From: Pseudomonadales bacterium
GTDB lineage: Bacteria; Pseudomonadota; Gammaproteobacteria; Pseudomonadales; Pseudohongiellaceae
Direction: 5' to 3'
DNA length: 64,000 bases
Assembly (NCBI GenBank): GCA_022763285.1
Contig: JALEHB010000252.1
Span: 3,502-67,501 of the forward strand
The translations under genes were made by a program, and so were the position numbers. This document shows, one piece after another, positions 40,504 to 50,795 of the stretch. Below the pieces are notes generated by a model that was not told where the DNA came from, did no database searches, and worked only from the letters and a program-made list of their open reading frames with translations. Numbering within the stretch: the stretch's first letter is position 1; each line of letters opens with the position of its first letter.

Positions 40504-42560
40504 GCGATATGAGCAATGTAGACAACAACAAGAGCCAGGGCCGTTTCATGGCCGGCATGATCGGTCTGCGAGACTGGGTTGACGCCCGCCTGCCCATCAT
40601 GGAGGCCTGGCGCAAGCATCTGAGCGAATATTACGCACCCAAGAATTTCAATTTCTGGTATTTCTTCGGTGTCCTGTCCATGGTAGTTCTGGTCATGCAG
40701 TTGCTGACCGGCATCTGGCTTACCATGAACTATACCCCCAGCGCGGAAGCGGCGTTTGCTTCCATTGAATACATCATGCGTGATGTGGAGTACGGCTGGA
40801 TTTTGCGTTACCTGCATTCCACCGGTGCCTCGGCTTTCTTCTTTGTGGTTTATATCCACATGTTCCGTGGCCTGATGTATGGCTCCTACCAGCGTCCCAG
40901 AGAATTGATCTGGGTATTCGGCATGGCGATCTATTTCGTACTGATGATGGAAGGCTTCATGGGCTATGTGCTGCCCTGGGGTCAGATGTCCTACTGGGGT
41001 GCCAATGTGATCGTGTCCCTGGCCGGTGCCATTCCGATTATTGGTGAAGACCTGCTGGTCTGGGTGCGTGGTGACTTCCTGATTTCAGGTGCCACTCTCA
41101 ACCGCTTCTTTGCCCTGCATGTGGTGGCTCTGCCGATTGTGCTGATTGCCCTGGTAGTGCTGCATATCCTGGCCCTGCATGAAGTGGGTTCAAACAATCC
41201 AGATGGTGTGGAAATCAAGGCCAACAAGGGCCCGGATGGGGTACCGGTTGATGGCGTGCCTTTCCATCCTTACTACACCATGTATCACGACCTGGCCGGC
41301 ATTGTGCTGTTCCTGTTCGTGTTCTGTGCCATTGTTTTCTTTGCGCCGGAAATGGGCGGTTATTTCCTTGAGATCGCCAACTTCCAGGAAGCAGATCCCC
41401 TGAAGACGCCGGAGCACGTTCCGCCGGTTTGGTACTACACACCGTTCTACTCCATGCTGCGTGCGGTCACCGTGCCGCTGTTCGGTATTGATGCGAAATT
41501 CTGGGGCATGCTGGTCATGTTCGGCGCCATTGCCATTCTGTTTGTCTTGCCCTGGCTTGATCGCAGCCCTGTGCGCTCCATGCGCTACAAGGGCTGGTAC
41601 AGCCGTATTGCCCTGCTGATGTTCGTGGTATCTTTCCTGATCCTCGGCGTTCTGGGTACCCAGGCAGTCAGCCCGGCCAAGACTCTGCTGGCGCAGATCA
41701 TGACCGTGGTTTACTTCGCCTACTTCGTGCTCATGCCCTGGTATACCAAGAAGGAAAAGACGGCCCAGCCGCCGGCTCGACTGACTGGTCGCTTCATCTC
41801 AATTCCGCAGCTGATTGGCAGTATTCTGCTGATTATCTTCCTGGTAGTTCTGCCGCTGATGCTGGTGTCCGGCAGTGCCGAAGCCGCCTCAGCCGGTAAT
41901 CTCGATCTGGAGCATGTAGAGACGGATTTCGATGACAAGGAATCCCTGCAGCGAGGTTGGAAGACCTACATGAACTACTGCGTGGCCTGTCATGAACTTG
42001 GCTATGCTCGCTATGAGCGCACCGCGCTGGACCTGGGGCTGGACAATGACCTGGTGATGGCCAATCTGGTCTTTGATGATTCCCATCTGATCGGGGATCT
42101 GATGACCAATGCCATGACCAAGGACAATGCCCAGAACTGGTTTGGTGCCGCACCGCCGGATCTGACCCTGGCGGGTCGGGTACACAGCCCGGACTGGCTC
42201 TATACCTATATGAAGTCGTTCTACAATGACGACTCCAGGCCTTTTGGTACCAACAACAAGATCTTCCCTAATGTGGGCATGCCGAACGTGCTGTACAGCC
42301 TGCAGGGTGATGTGAGCTGTGACGATCATGGCACGGATGATCCTACCCAGTGCGAGTTGCACCATGTCGAAGGCACCGGTGCCCTGTCTCCGGAGGAGTT
42401 CGACAACACGGTGGCCGATCTGGTGAATTTCCTTTACTACATTGGTGAGCCGATGCGCGATCGACGCCAGGAAATTGGTGTCTGGGTGCTGCTGTTCCTG
42501 GGAATCCTGTTTGTTCTGACCGCCTGGTTGGGCCGGGAATTTTCCAAGGACTACCACTAG
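40500..42560 (+). CDS. Fused cytochrome b / cytochrome c1 (single 686-codon ORF)
   Basis: The N-terminal ~425 aa are cytochrome b (WYFFGVL..., LRYLHSTGAS, WGQMSYWGA, PEWYY-like PPVWYYTPFY). An internal signal-like segment follows, then a c1 domain with the CVACH haem motif and a C-terminal TM anchor. There is no stop codon between the two parts. Confidence 0.85.
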   Translation: MSDMSNVDNNKSQGRFMAGMIGLRDWVDARLPIMEAWRKHLSEYYAPKNFNFWYFFGVLSMVVLVMQLLTGIWLTMNYTPSAEAAFASIEYIMRDVEYGWILRYLHSTGASAFFFVVYIHMFRGLMYGSYQRPRELIWVFGMAIYFVLMMEGFMGYVLPWGQMSYWGANVIVSLAGAIPIIGEDLLVWVRGDFLISGATLNRFFALHVVALPIVLIALVVLHILALHEVGSNNPDGVEIKANKGPDGVPVDGVPFHPYYTMYHDLAGIVLFLFVFCAIVFFAPEMGGYFLEIANFQEADPLKTPEHVPPVWYYTPFYSMLRAVTVPLFGIDAKFWGMLVMFGAIAILFVLPWLDRSPVRSMRYKGWYSRIALLMFVVSFLILGVLGTQAVSPAKTLLAQIMTVVYFAYFVLMPWYTKKEKTAQPPARLTGRFISIPQLIGSILLIIFLVVLPLMLVSGSAEAASAGNLDLEHVETDFDDKESLQRGWKTYMNYCVACHELGYARYERTALDLGLDNDLVMANLVFDDSHLIGDLMTNAMTKDNAQNWFGAAPPDLTLAGRVHSPDWLYTYMKSFYNDDSRPFGTNNKIFPNVGMPNVLYSLQGDVSCDDHGTDDPTQCELHHVEGTGALSPEEFDNTVADLVNFLYYIGEPMRDRRQEIGVWVLLFLGILFVLTAWLGREFSKDYH

Positions 42561-42607
42561 GCATTGTTGCTAATCGGTAAATCAAGAATCACAACAGAGG
42601 AAACACT

Positions 42608-43240
42608 ATGGGAGTGGTAGCGAAAAGATCGTCCATGACCTTTTATTCGGATGGAACCAGTCATTACAGTCATCGCGTGCGAATCGTGCTGGCTGAGAAG
42701 GGCGTAACTGTCGAAACCATTGATGTCGATCCGGGCAACAAGCCGGAGGATCTGGCCTCGTTAAACCCTTATAACTCCTTGCCGACCCTGGTTGACCGGG
42801 ACCTGGTGCTGTACGAAGCGGACATCATGATGGAATATCTTGATGAGCGTTTTCCGCATCCGCCCCTGTTCCCGGTTTATCCGGTGGCCCGTGCCCAGTC
42901 CCGTTTGTGGATTTATCGCATCAAGCAGGACTGGTGTTCTCTGGTGGATGCACTGATGGCCGGAGATGGCACCCCGGCGCAACTGGAGAAGAAGCGCAAG
43001 GAACTCAGGGAATCCCTGGTTTCTATCGCCCCGATCTTTGGTGAGAAACCGTTCTTCATGAGCGACGAATTCACTATTGTCGACTGTGTAGTAACACCGA
43101 TTCTCTGGCGTTTGCCGGAGATGGGGATCGAGTTGCCGAAGAACAAAACCACCAAGCCATTGCTGGAGTACAAGGACCGGCTATTCGAACGGGATTCCGT
43201 CGTAGCCAGCCTCTCCGAGCAGGAAAAGGAGATGGTCTAG
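42608..43240 (+). CDS. sspA: Stringent starvation protein A
   Basis: 210 aa and GST-like. YSHRVRIVLAEKGV and SLPTLVDRDLVLYE closely resemble E. coli SspA. Confidence 0.93.
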   Translation: MGVVAKRSSMTFYSDGTSHYSHRVRIVLAEKGVTVETIDVDPGNKPEDLASLNPYNSLPTLVDRDLVLYEADIMMEYLDERFPHPPLFPVYPVARAQSRLWIYRIKQDWCSLVDALMAGDGTPAQLEKKRKELRESLVSIAPIFGEKPFFMSDEFTIVDCVVTPILWRLPEMGIELPKNKTTKPLLEYKDRLFERDSVVASLSEQEKEMV

Positions 43241-43272
43241 GTCAGGGAAACCTGCCAGTCCACTTCTGATTC

Positions 43273-43698
43273 ATGACCATGACCTCAAGCCGCCCGTACC
43301 TGGTACGGGCTCTTTACGAATGGATTCTGGATAACGAATGCACACCCTACATCCTGGTGAATGCCATGGGTGAGGGTGTCGACGTGCCAGATGAGTACGT
43401 CAAGGACGGTCAGATCGTTCTCAATATTTCACCCACGGCGGTCCAGAATCTGCTGATCGACAATGACAGCCTGTCATTTGACGGTCGCTTCGCTGGCCAG
43501 GCCAGACCCGTGTTCGCCCCTATCGATAATATTCTGGGTATTTATGCCCGCGAGAACGGGCAGGGCATGATATTCGACAGCCAGGGCCTGCGGCCCGGGC
43601 CAGACGGGGGCGGAGATGGTGGTAACGACGGCGGTGGCAAGTCCGAGCGCGATGCTGAGGAAAAGCCCAAAAAGCCCAGCTTGCGGGTGGTCAAATAG
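43273..43698 (+). CDS. sspB: ClpXP specificity-enhancing factor SspB
   Basis: 141 aa. N-terminus RPYLVRALYEWILDN..TPYILV and the C-terminal ClpX-binding tail (KPSLRVVK) are present. Confidence 0.9.
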   Translation: MTMTSSRPYLVRALYEWILDNECTPYILVNAMGEGVDVPDEYVKDGQIVLNISPTAVQNLLIDNDSLSFDGRFAGQARPVFAPIDNILGIYARENGQGMIFDSQGLRPGPDGGGDGGNDGGGKSERDAEEKPKKPSLRVVK

Positions 43699-43715
43699 GC
43701 CAGCCATCAACTCAA

Positions 43716-44294
43716 TCAGTTGATGTACTCAAATACCTTCACCACGCGATTGACACCGGATACATTGCGCGCCAGGTTGGCAGCATTATCACCTTGCAAC
43801 TCGCTGATCAGTCCCATCAGATAAACCGTGCCATTCTCGGTGATCACTCTAACCTGACCGCTGGGTACTTCGGAGTTGGTTAACATCAGGGTTCTGATCT
43901 TTGTAGCTATCCAGGTGTCATTGCTGCGGGCCAGAAAACCGGTTTTGCCGGCCACTTCCAGTTCATTGTGAATCCGGCGAATCTTGGTGCTGGCCTGGCT
44001 GGCTATTTCGGTGGCGCGGGATTTCAGGGTCTCACTCTCAACCTGACCCACCAGCAGGACCACACCATTGTGGCTGATGACATCAAAATGGGCATTGCGA
44101 AACGCAGGCTCCTGGGACTTCATGTTCACCTTGATCTTGGTCTCGATGGATTGATCCTCAATGACCTGACCGGTGGTGCGGGAAGTGGGGTCTTCCTGGA
44201 TGCCCTCTTCGCCGGTGGCTTCTACCAGGAAAGCTGTACAGGCGGTATTCACAATCAAGAAAAGAACAGCAAGGGGCAGGCGTAAGGCTTGCAT
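43716..44294 (-). CDS. dolP: Dual-BON-domain outer-membrane lipoprotein DolP (YraP)
   Basis: 192 aa. It aligns by eye along its length with E. coli DolP (NDTWIATKIR..., VITENGTVYLMGL, VSGVNRVV). Confidence 0.82.
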   Translation of the reverse strand: MQALRLPLAVLFLIVNTACTAFLVEATGEEGIQEDPTSRTTGQVIEDQSIETKIKVNMKSQEPAFRNAHFDVISHNGVVLLVGQVESETLKSRATEIASQASTKIRRIHNELEVAGKTGFLARSNDTWIATKIRTLMLTNSEVPSGQVRVITENGTVYLMGLISELQGDNAANLARNVSGVNRVVKVFEYIN

Positions 44295-44296
44295 GA

Positions 44297-44938
<642 letters not shown>

Positions 44939-45031
44939 TTACTGTGTCCGGGGCTTTTTTACGCGCTGATCCCGACAGCAACAGTCCTGCAGATAGACCG
45001 CCTGGGCAGTGGAAAAGTTCAGTTCCATAGC

Positions 45032-45412
45032 CTATTGAAAGGCATCCTGGATCCAGTCAATTTTTTCAGCCTGCTGTAAAGGTCCGGTCTGGATGGCAAG
45101 TACATCGAAGCGTGCTGGCAACTGCTGATAGTGACTGTGTGCCGCCAGAAAGCTGGCGGCGGTCTTGCGAATCCGGTCCTGTTTGCGTCTGTCGATGGAT
45201 TGCAGGGCCGTGGCATAATCTGACGCTGAGCGATACCTGACTTCCACGAACACAAGGTGCCGCCCGGGGTCGATCATTATCAAGTCGATCTCACCGAAAC
45301 GGCAGCGATAATTGCGCTGCTGAAGGCGCAAGCCCTGCTGCTGAAGGTAGCGGGCTGCCTGTCGTTCTGCCTTGATACCGCGCCAGGCACGGCTGTTTGC
45401 TATGGTGAACAT
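45032..45412 (-). CDS. yraN: YraN-family (UPF0102) endonuclease-like protein
   Basis: 126 aa with the motif GEIDLIM......LVFVEVRYR. Conserved position between lpoA and diaA. Confidence 0.85.
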   Translation of the reverse strand: MFTIANSRAWRGIKAERQAARYLQQQGLRLQQRNYRCRFGEIDLIMIDPGRHLVFVEVRYRSASDYATALQSIDRRKQDRIRKTAASFLAAHSHYQQLPARFDVLAIQTGPLQQAEKIDWIQDAFQ

Positions 45413-45445
45413 GGCGGGTCTTCCCTGACCAGCGGTATTCGGCTG

Positions 45446-47317
45446 CTATTCTCCGGGACTGCTGTCAGTCATCGGTATGACTACAGCTTCACCCTGCTCG
45501 AAACGGGCCATTTGTAATTGTCTTTGCAGGCGACGCGCCGGACTCAGGCTAAGAATGCCCGTGGCACCACGCAGGCTCTGTAATTGCCCGGAGTCAAGCT
45601 GCTGCAGGCGGGCATAGAGGCGGTAGCTGTCGATCCCCAGGGCGCGCAGGCGCTGCAGGGGGCCTTGTACCGGGCGCAGGCTGTCAGCAAAACCACTCTT
45701 CAATTCATCATTACTGAGTAGCCAGGGCTCCACTGTAAACACGATGCCATCAAGGTCCTGGTTGGCACTGCTGTTATTGAGGCCATCATAAATCGATGGC
45801 ATGGAGTAAACCGGCAGGTCTTCTGCGAAGTAGAAAGCCAGGGTGGGTTTTATCTGGCGTCCCTGTCTTGGATTGGCCATCAGGAAAATAAAGTCGATAT
45901 CGCTGCGTCGTCGGGGTGTGAATTCCATAGTGTTACGCGGCAGTATTTGCAGCAGGCGTTCGGCTCTGGCTTCGCTGGAATCAATGGCCATCAAACGTTT
46001 GATGACACCGGTGAAGTCACTGTCGCCAGTGAATGTACTGCGGCTAACCAGACGTCCGCCGAGCTCATTCCAGGTGTTTGAAAAGACCGCTTGCAAGCGG
46101 TCATAACTGGCGTCGGCGGGAGTCAGCAGGGCGGCATTGCGATGCCCTTGCTGCCAGGCCGCCAGAACGGCCTGGGTAATTTCATCTTCGGGGGCAAGGC
46201 CAAACTGAAACAGATTGTCCGGGCCCGCAGTCGTTGTGTCGGCATAGTTCAGGGCCAGGGTCGGAACCGGCAATTCATTCATGGCGTGCAGACGATTGAC
46301 GTAATCCTTGTTCAGCGGACCAATGATCAGCTCCGCGCCATTATCAACAGCCTGGTTATAGAGGCTTTCTATGCTGCTGATGTTGCTGCTGTCGTAAACC
46401 GAGATCGAAGGCACGTCGCGGCTGATTTGCAGTGCCTGGTAATAAGCACCCAGAAATCCCTCCTGAATGGCCAGTCCGGCAGGTTGCTGCACCGGCAGGA
46501 GCAGGGCGATGTGGCGGGGGCGCTTGTCCCAGATAGAGGACAACTCCTGAAGCGGTGAAGGCAGTCTGTTCACAGCAGGATGTTGTGCCCAGATACGCTG
46601 CCACTGGTTGATGGCATCGAGTTGCCCGCGAATACTCAGTTGCTCGTTGCGTGAGACCCGGGCCAGTTCGACCCAGCCCCGGGCGGCATAGCTGGCAGAG
46701 CTGCTTGCCAGGCTGCCAAGTTCGCTGTCGCTCCGGCTTTGCAGCAACTCCCAGACTGAATCACTGATCTCGCCACTCAGTTGATCTGCTTCGGTGGCGC
46801 TGATGTAGGCATCCAGTGCGGCACTGGCCTGACCCAGGTCTCGCAGGCTGTCACCTTGCTGCTGGTAGTAACGGGCCAGTAGTTGCGGCGGAATGGTGAG
46901 ATTGCTGATATCCAGAGACTGCAGGCTGCTTAGTGCACGGGCATGATCGTTGTCGGCAGCGGCTGCCTGGGCTGCGAGCAGGGCAATTTCGGTTTTCAGA
47001 ATCGGGTTTTGCAGATTCCCGAAGTCAAAATCTTCCAGTTGCAGATCTGTCAGCGAATAGGCGGTTGAGTCCTCGATCTCCCGGGCCGCGAGCAGGCTGA
47101 GTTCAGCCCGGTCTGCACCATCACTGGCGATGGCTTCGGCGATTAGCGCCCCTGTCGAGTCTGGGGTAGACTCGCTGGGAAATTCATTATCGACACTTCT
47201 GCTGCCGTCGTTGCTGGCGCAGGCCGACAGAAAAAGCGTGCTGGCAAATGCCATGATTTTCAAGGGCCGGGGCAGGCCGGGACGGCGAGCTTTGCTGCCC
47301 AGCTTGGTCTGTTGCAT
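45446..47317 (-). CDS. lpoA: Penicillin-binding protein activator LpoA
   Basis: 623 aa. Lipobox LFLSAC, a TPR-like N-domain, and a periplasmic-binding-protein-like C-domain. It is divergent from rsmI, as in E. coli. Confidence 0.8.
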   Translation of the reverse strand: MQQTKLGSKARRPGLPRPLKIMAFASTLFLSACASNDGSRSVDNEFPSESTPDSTGALIAEAIASDGADRAELSLLAAREIEDSTAYSLTDLQLEDFDFGNLQNPILKTEIALLAAQAAAADNDHARALSSLQSLDISNLTIPPQLLARYYQQQGDSLRDLGQASAALDAYISATEADQLSGEISDSVWELLQSRSDSELGSLASSSASYAARGWVELARVSRNEQLSIRGQLDAINQWQRIWAQHPAVNRLPSPLQELSSIWDKRPRHIALLLPVQQPAGLAIQEGFLGAYYQALQISRDVPSISVYDSSNISSIESLYNQAVDNGAELIIGPLNKDYVNRLHAMNELPVPTLALNYADTTTAGPDNLFQFGLAPEDEITQAVLAAWQQGHRNAALLTPADASYDRLQAVFSNTWNELGGRLVSRSTFTGDSDFTGVIKRLMAIDSSEARAERLLQILPRNTMEFTPRRRSDIDFIFLMANPRQGRQIKPTLAFYFAEDLPVYSMPSIYDGLNNSSANQDLDGIVFTVEPWLLSNDELKSGFADSLRPVQGPLQRLRALGIDSYRLYARLQQLDSGQLQSLRGATGILSLSPARRLQRQLQMARFEQGEAVVIPMTDSSPGE

Positions 47318-47434
47318 AGGGAATCTGCTGGCTCAGGGAAGAGTTGAATACCTGCTATCAAGAGTAATACAAGTGTTGAGGCCGGGCAATTTTAGCGCCA
47401 AAAGAAATGCCCGGCAGGCAATACCCACAAGTCC

Positions 47435-48289
47435 ATGACACCAGAAAACGCCACCCTTTATGTAATTGCAACGCCGATCGGTAATCTCGATGACATGACG
47501 GCCCGGGCCATCAGGATCCTGGGCCAGGTAGACCTGATTGCGGCCGAGGATACTCGCCACAGCAAACCACTACTGGATCATTTCGGCATTGATACAGCCT
47601 TGCGGGCCTATCACGATTTCAGCACAGAGCAGGCGGTTTCTGCCCTGGTGAGGGAGTTGCAGGCTGGTCGCTCCCTGGCGCTGATCAGTGATGCCGGGAC
47701 TCCGTTGATTTCCGATCCCGGCTATACCCTGGTGAAAACAGTCAGGGAGGCGGGATTTGAGGTGATTCCGGTTCCCGGTGTCAGTGCCCTGACGACTGCC
47801 CTCAGTGTCGCGGGTATAGCCACTGACCGCTTCAGCTTTGAAGGTTTTCTGCCTGCCAAAACAGGCAGTCGTAAAAACCGGCTGGCGCAATTGCAGGCGG
47901 AGCAAAGAACTCTGGTGTTCTATGAATCGCCGCACCGGATCAGGGAATCAATTCAGGACTTTGCTGCAGTATTCGGTGCCGACCGGCGACTCTTCGTGGG
48001 GCGGGAAATGACCAAGAAATTCGAGTCCCATTTTTACGGCAGTCTGAATGATTGTCTGCATTGGCTCATTGCAGACAGTAACCAGCAACGTGGGGAATTT
48101 GTCCTGGTAGTGGCTGGCTGTAGCAGTGATGAAGTGGAAGCCGGGCGCCTGGCCAGGGCGCTGGAGTGGGTCGGCAAATTATCTGCTGACATGAGTACCC
48201 GCAAGGCGGTGTCGCTGGCCAGTGAGATTACCGGGGCCCGCAAGAACAGCGTGTACGATGCGGTTCTGAAAGCGGGCCAGGAAAATTAG
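47435..48289 (+). CDS. rsmI: 16S rRNA (cytidine1402-2'-O)-methyltransferase
   Basis: 284 aa. LYVIATPIGNLDDMT.RA...L and AEDTRHS are typical of RsmI. Confidence 0.92.
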   Translation: MTPENATLYVIATPIGNLDDMTARAIRILGQVDLIAAEDTRHSKPLLDHFGIDTALRAYHDFSTEQAVSALVRELQAGRSLALISDAGTPLISDPGYTLVKTVREAGFEVIPVPGVSALTTALSVAGIATDRFSFEGFLPAKTGSRKNRLAQLQAEQRTLVFYESPHRIRESIQDFAAVFGADRRLFVGREMTKKFESHFYGSLNDCLHWLIADSNQQRGEFVLVVAGCSSDEVEAGRLARALEWVGKLSADMSTRKAVSLASEITGARKNSVYDAVLKAGQEN

Positions 48290-48335
48290 CCGATTATTTG
48301 ATTGTGTTGCCAGGGCGGGTGCATTAATCTTGCCG

Positions 48336-48717
<382 letters not shown>

Positions 48718-48900
48718 ATCCATTTCTGGCGCAAGCATCCAGCTTGTGCTCGCCATTTCTTAATAAATCACTTTAATTTGCGCTCACAATTTCCTGAAAA
48801 TATTCAGGATGGCTGGCGCATAACTGTCGACTTCCTGCTCCTTTCCCGTCTTTTAGCGGCAAGTTCCCGTAATTTCTTGAAAAAACAGGCGAATAAGTGC

Positions 48901-48929
48901 TTGCACTAAGGCAGGTCAATGCCTATAGT
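48901..48929 (+). promoter_or_regulatory. Putative Pmra promoter of the dcw cluster
   Basis: TTGCAC (48901-48906), 17-bp spacer, TATAGT (48924-48929), located about 95 nt upstream of the mraZ GTG. Confidence 0.55.
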
Positions 48930-48937
48930 GTCCAATA

Positions 48938-48983
48938 GTGGAGAAAAGTGGAGAAAATTGTCTTTTGGTGGAGCCAAGTGGTT
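48938..48983 (+). promoter_or_regulatory. Phased GTGGAG direct repeats; candidate MraZ operator
   Basis: GTGGAG at 48938, 48948 and 48968, and GTGGTT at 48978, all on a 10-bp register. AGTGGAGAAA is exactly duplicated. The array lies just downstream of the putative -10. Confidence 0.55.
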
Positions 48984-49022
48984 CTCCAGAGCATTCACTT
49001 CACAACTATTGGGGACAAACTC

Positions 49023-49478
49023 GTGTTTCGCGGCATCAATACCATTAATTTGGATGCAAAAGGGCGAATGGCACTGCCTGCGCGCTACCGTGAGCAATTG
49101 CAAAATAATTGTAACGGCCAGCTTGTCGTTACCATTGATACCAATCACCGCTGCCTGTTGCTATACCCCCTTGCCGAATGGGAACAGATCGAGCGTCAAA
49201 TCGAGTCACTGCCCAGCTTCGACCCCACCTCCCAACGCGTCAAGCACCTGCTGATCGGCCATGCCAACGACCTGGAAATGGATGGCAGTGGCCGTATTCT
49301 GTTGCCGCAGGAGCTGCGCCAGTATGCCGGCCTTGAGAAGCATGTCTGTCTCATCGGTCAGGGCAAAAAGCTGGAAATCTGGGATCAAGGCAGTTGGGAC
49401 GAGCAGCGCAAGCAGTGGCTGAGTGAATCCACCGCCGCTGGCGAGTTACCTGACAAGCTTCAAAATCTGGCGCTGTAG
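49023..49478 (+). CDS. mraZ: Transcriptional regulator MraZ
   Basis: Start taken at GTG 49023 ([24 protein letters not shown]), matching the canonical MraZ N-terminus. The upstream 25 codons in the track cover the operator repeats. Confidence 0.93.
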   Translation: MFRGINTINLDAKGRMALPARYREQLQNNCNGQLVVTIDTNHRCLLLYPLAEWEQIERQIESLPSFDPTSQRVKHLLIGHANDLEMDGSGRILLPQELRQYAGLEKHVCLIGQGKKLEIWDQGSWDEQRKQWLSESTAAGELPDKLQNLAL

Positions 49479-49486
49479 GGAGAGTC

Positions 49487-50422
49487 ATGACTACCCCGGC
49501 CCAACACGAGACCGTACTTCTGGAGCAAGCGGTGGCAGCGCTGTCTATCAAGGCCGATGCCTGCTATGTGGATGCCACCTTTGGCCGGGGCGGCCATAGC
49601 CGCGCCATTCTCGAGCAGTTGGGACCCAACGGGCGCTTGTTGGCCTTTGACCGTGATCCCGCCGCCATTGAGGCCGCTGCCGGACTTTGCCAGTCGGATG
49701 CGCGGCTACAGGTCCGGCGTGCCCCCTTTAGTTCCCTGCAAGCTCTGGCCAGGGAGGAGGAGTTGGAAGGCAAGGTTTCCGGCATCCTGTTTGATCTGGG
49801 CGTTTCCTCACCGCAGCTGGATGATGCCGAGCGTGGCTTCAGTTTTATGCGCGACGGGCCCCTGGATATGCGCATGGACCCGGATAGCGGTATGAGTGCC
49901 GAGCAGTGGATCAATAGCGCTGGGCAGCAGGAAATTGCCGATGTCATCTACAAATATGGTGAGGAGCGACATTCCCGGCGGATGGCCAGAGCCATCGTCA
50001 ATTATCGTCAGGAGCAGCGCATTACCCGCACCGGACAGTTGGCTGAGATTATCAAGCAGGCCAATCCGGCCTGGGAAAAAGACAAGCATCCGGCAACCCG
50101 TGCATTTCAGGGAATCCGCATTTTTATCAATGGCGAATTTGATGAACTGGAGCAGGCGCTGGAACAGGCTCTGACGGTGTTGGCGATTGGTGGTCGTCTG
50201 GTGGTTATCAGCTTTCACTCGCTTGAGGACCGAATAGTCAAGAAATTCATCGCCTTGCAGACTAAGGGAGATAATTTCCCCCGTGGCCTGCCGGTGACCC
50301 AGGAAATGCTGAATCCGAGATTGAAAGCCATTGGCAAGGCACAGCGGCCAACTGCCGATGAGGTCAATTTTAACCCCCGTGCCCGCAGCGCTGTTATGCG
50401 GGTTGCTGAAAAGATTGCTTGA
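49487..50422 (+). CDS. rsmH: 16S rRNA (cytosine1402-N4)-methyltransferase
   Basis: 311 aa with [20 protein letters not shown] and [10 protein letters not shown]. Confidence 0.95.
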   Translation: MTTPAQHETVLLEQAVAALSIKADACYVDATFGRGGHSRAILEQLGPNGRLLAFDRDPAAIEAAAGLCQSDARLQVRRAPFSSLQALAREEELEGKVSGILFDLGVSSPQLDDAERGFSFMRDGPLDMRMDPDSGMSAEQWINSAGQQEIADVIYKYGEERHSRRMARAIVNYRQEQRITRTGQLAEIIKQANPAWEKDKHPATRAFQGIRIFINGEFDELEQALEQALTVLAIGGRLVVISFHSLEDRIVKKFIALQTKGDNFPRGLPVTQEMLNPRLKAIGKAQRPTADEVNFNPRARSAVMRVAEKIA

Positions 50423-50429
50423 GAAACAG

Positions 50430-50795
50430 ATGAGCAAAAAACAGGCTGTCAAAAATCAGCAGCGCAAGTCCCTGCTTCAGCAGTCACCCCTGCTGGTGGT
50501 GTTGCGCTGGTCGGGACTTGTGAACCGCAGCTCCCTGTTGCTGTTTGTCTGTATGGCGCTGGTCCTGACCAGCGGCCTGATGGTGGTGCGTACCACACAC
50601 CAGAACCGGGTAGCCTTTAATGAATTGCAACAGCTCAAGGATGAGGCCGTGCAACTGGATGTGAGCTGGGGGCAGTTGCTGATCGAGCAGAGTACTTTCG
50701 GTGTGGAGGGTCGCATCGAGCAGAAGGCGGTGGAGCAACTTGATATGCGAGTGCCGGAAGTTGCCGATATCGTCATGGTGGGCAAACATGAGTGA
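50430..50795 (+). CDS. ftsL: Cell division protein FtsL
   Basis: 121 aa from ATG 50430 (MSKKQAV...). Single TM plus a coiled coil, in the conserved slot between rsmH and ftsI. The track start at 50331 lies inside rsmH. Confidence 0.8.
   Translation: MSKKQAVKNQQRKSLLQQSPLLVVLRWSGLVNRSSLLLFVCMALVLTSGLMVVRTTHQNRVAFNELQQLKDEAVQLDVSWGQLLIEQSTFGVEGRIEQKAVEQLDMRVPEVADIVMVGKHE

Noticed and set aside
43705-43725. Perfect 8-bp hairpin CATCAACT-CAATC-AGTTGATG between convergent sspB and dolP
   Set aside because: The right arm lies inside the dolP coding end and there are no flanking T or A runs. It is possibly a weak bidirectional terminator but is not supportable as a feature.
50331-50429. Longer track starts for ftsL (50331), ftsI (50701), mraZ (48948), hisG (29911), mgtE (19555), zapG (37463), the Nif3-like gene (33077) and the PLP enzyme (6702)
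   Set aside because: The extensions overlap upstream genes or regulatory repeats and do not resemble the conserved N-termini of these families. The internal starts reproduce the canonical N-termini.
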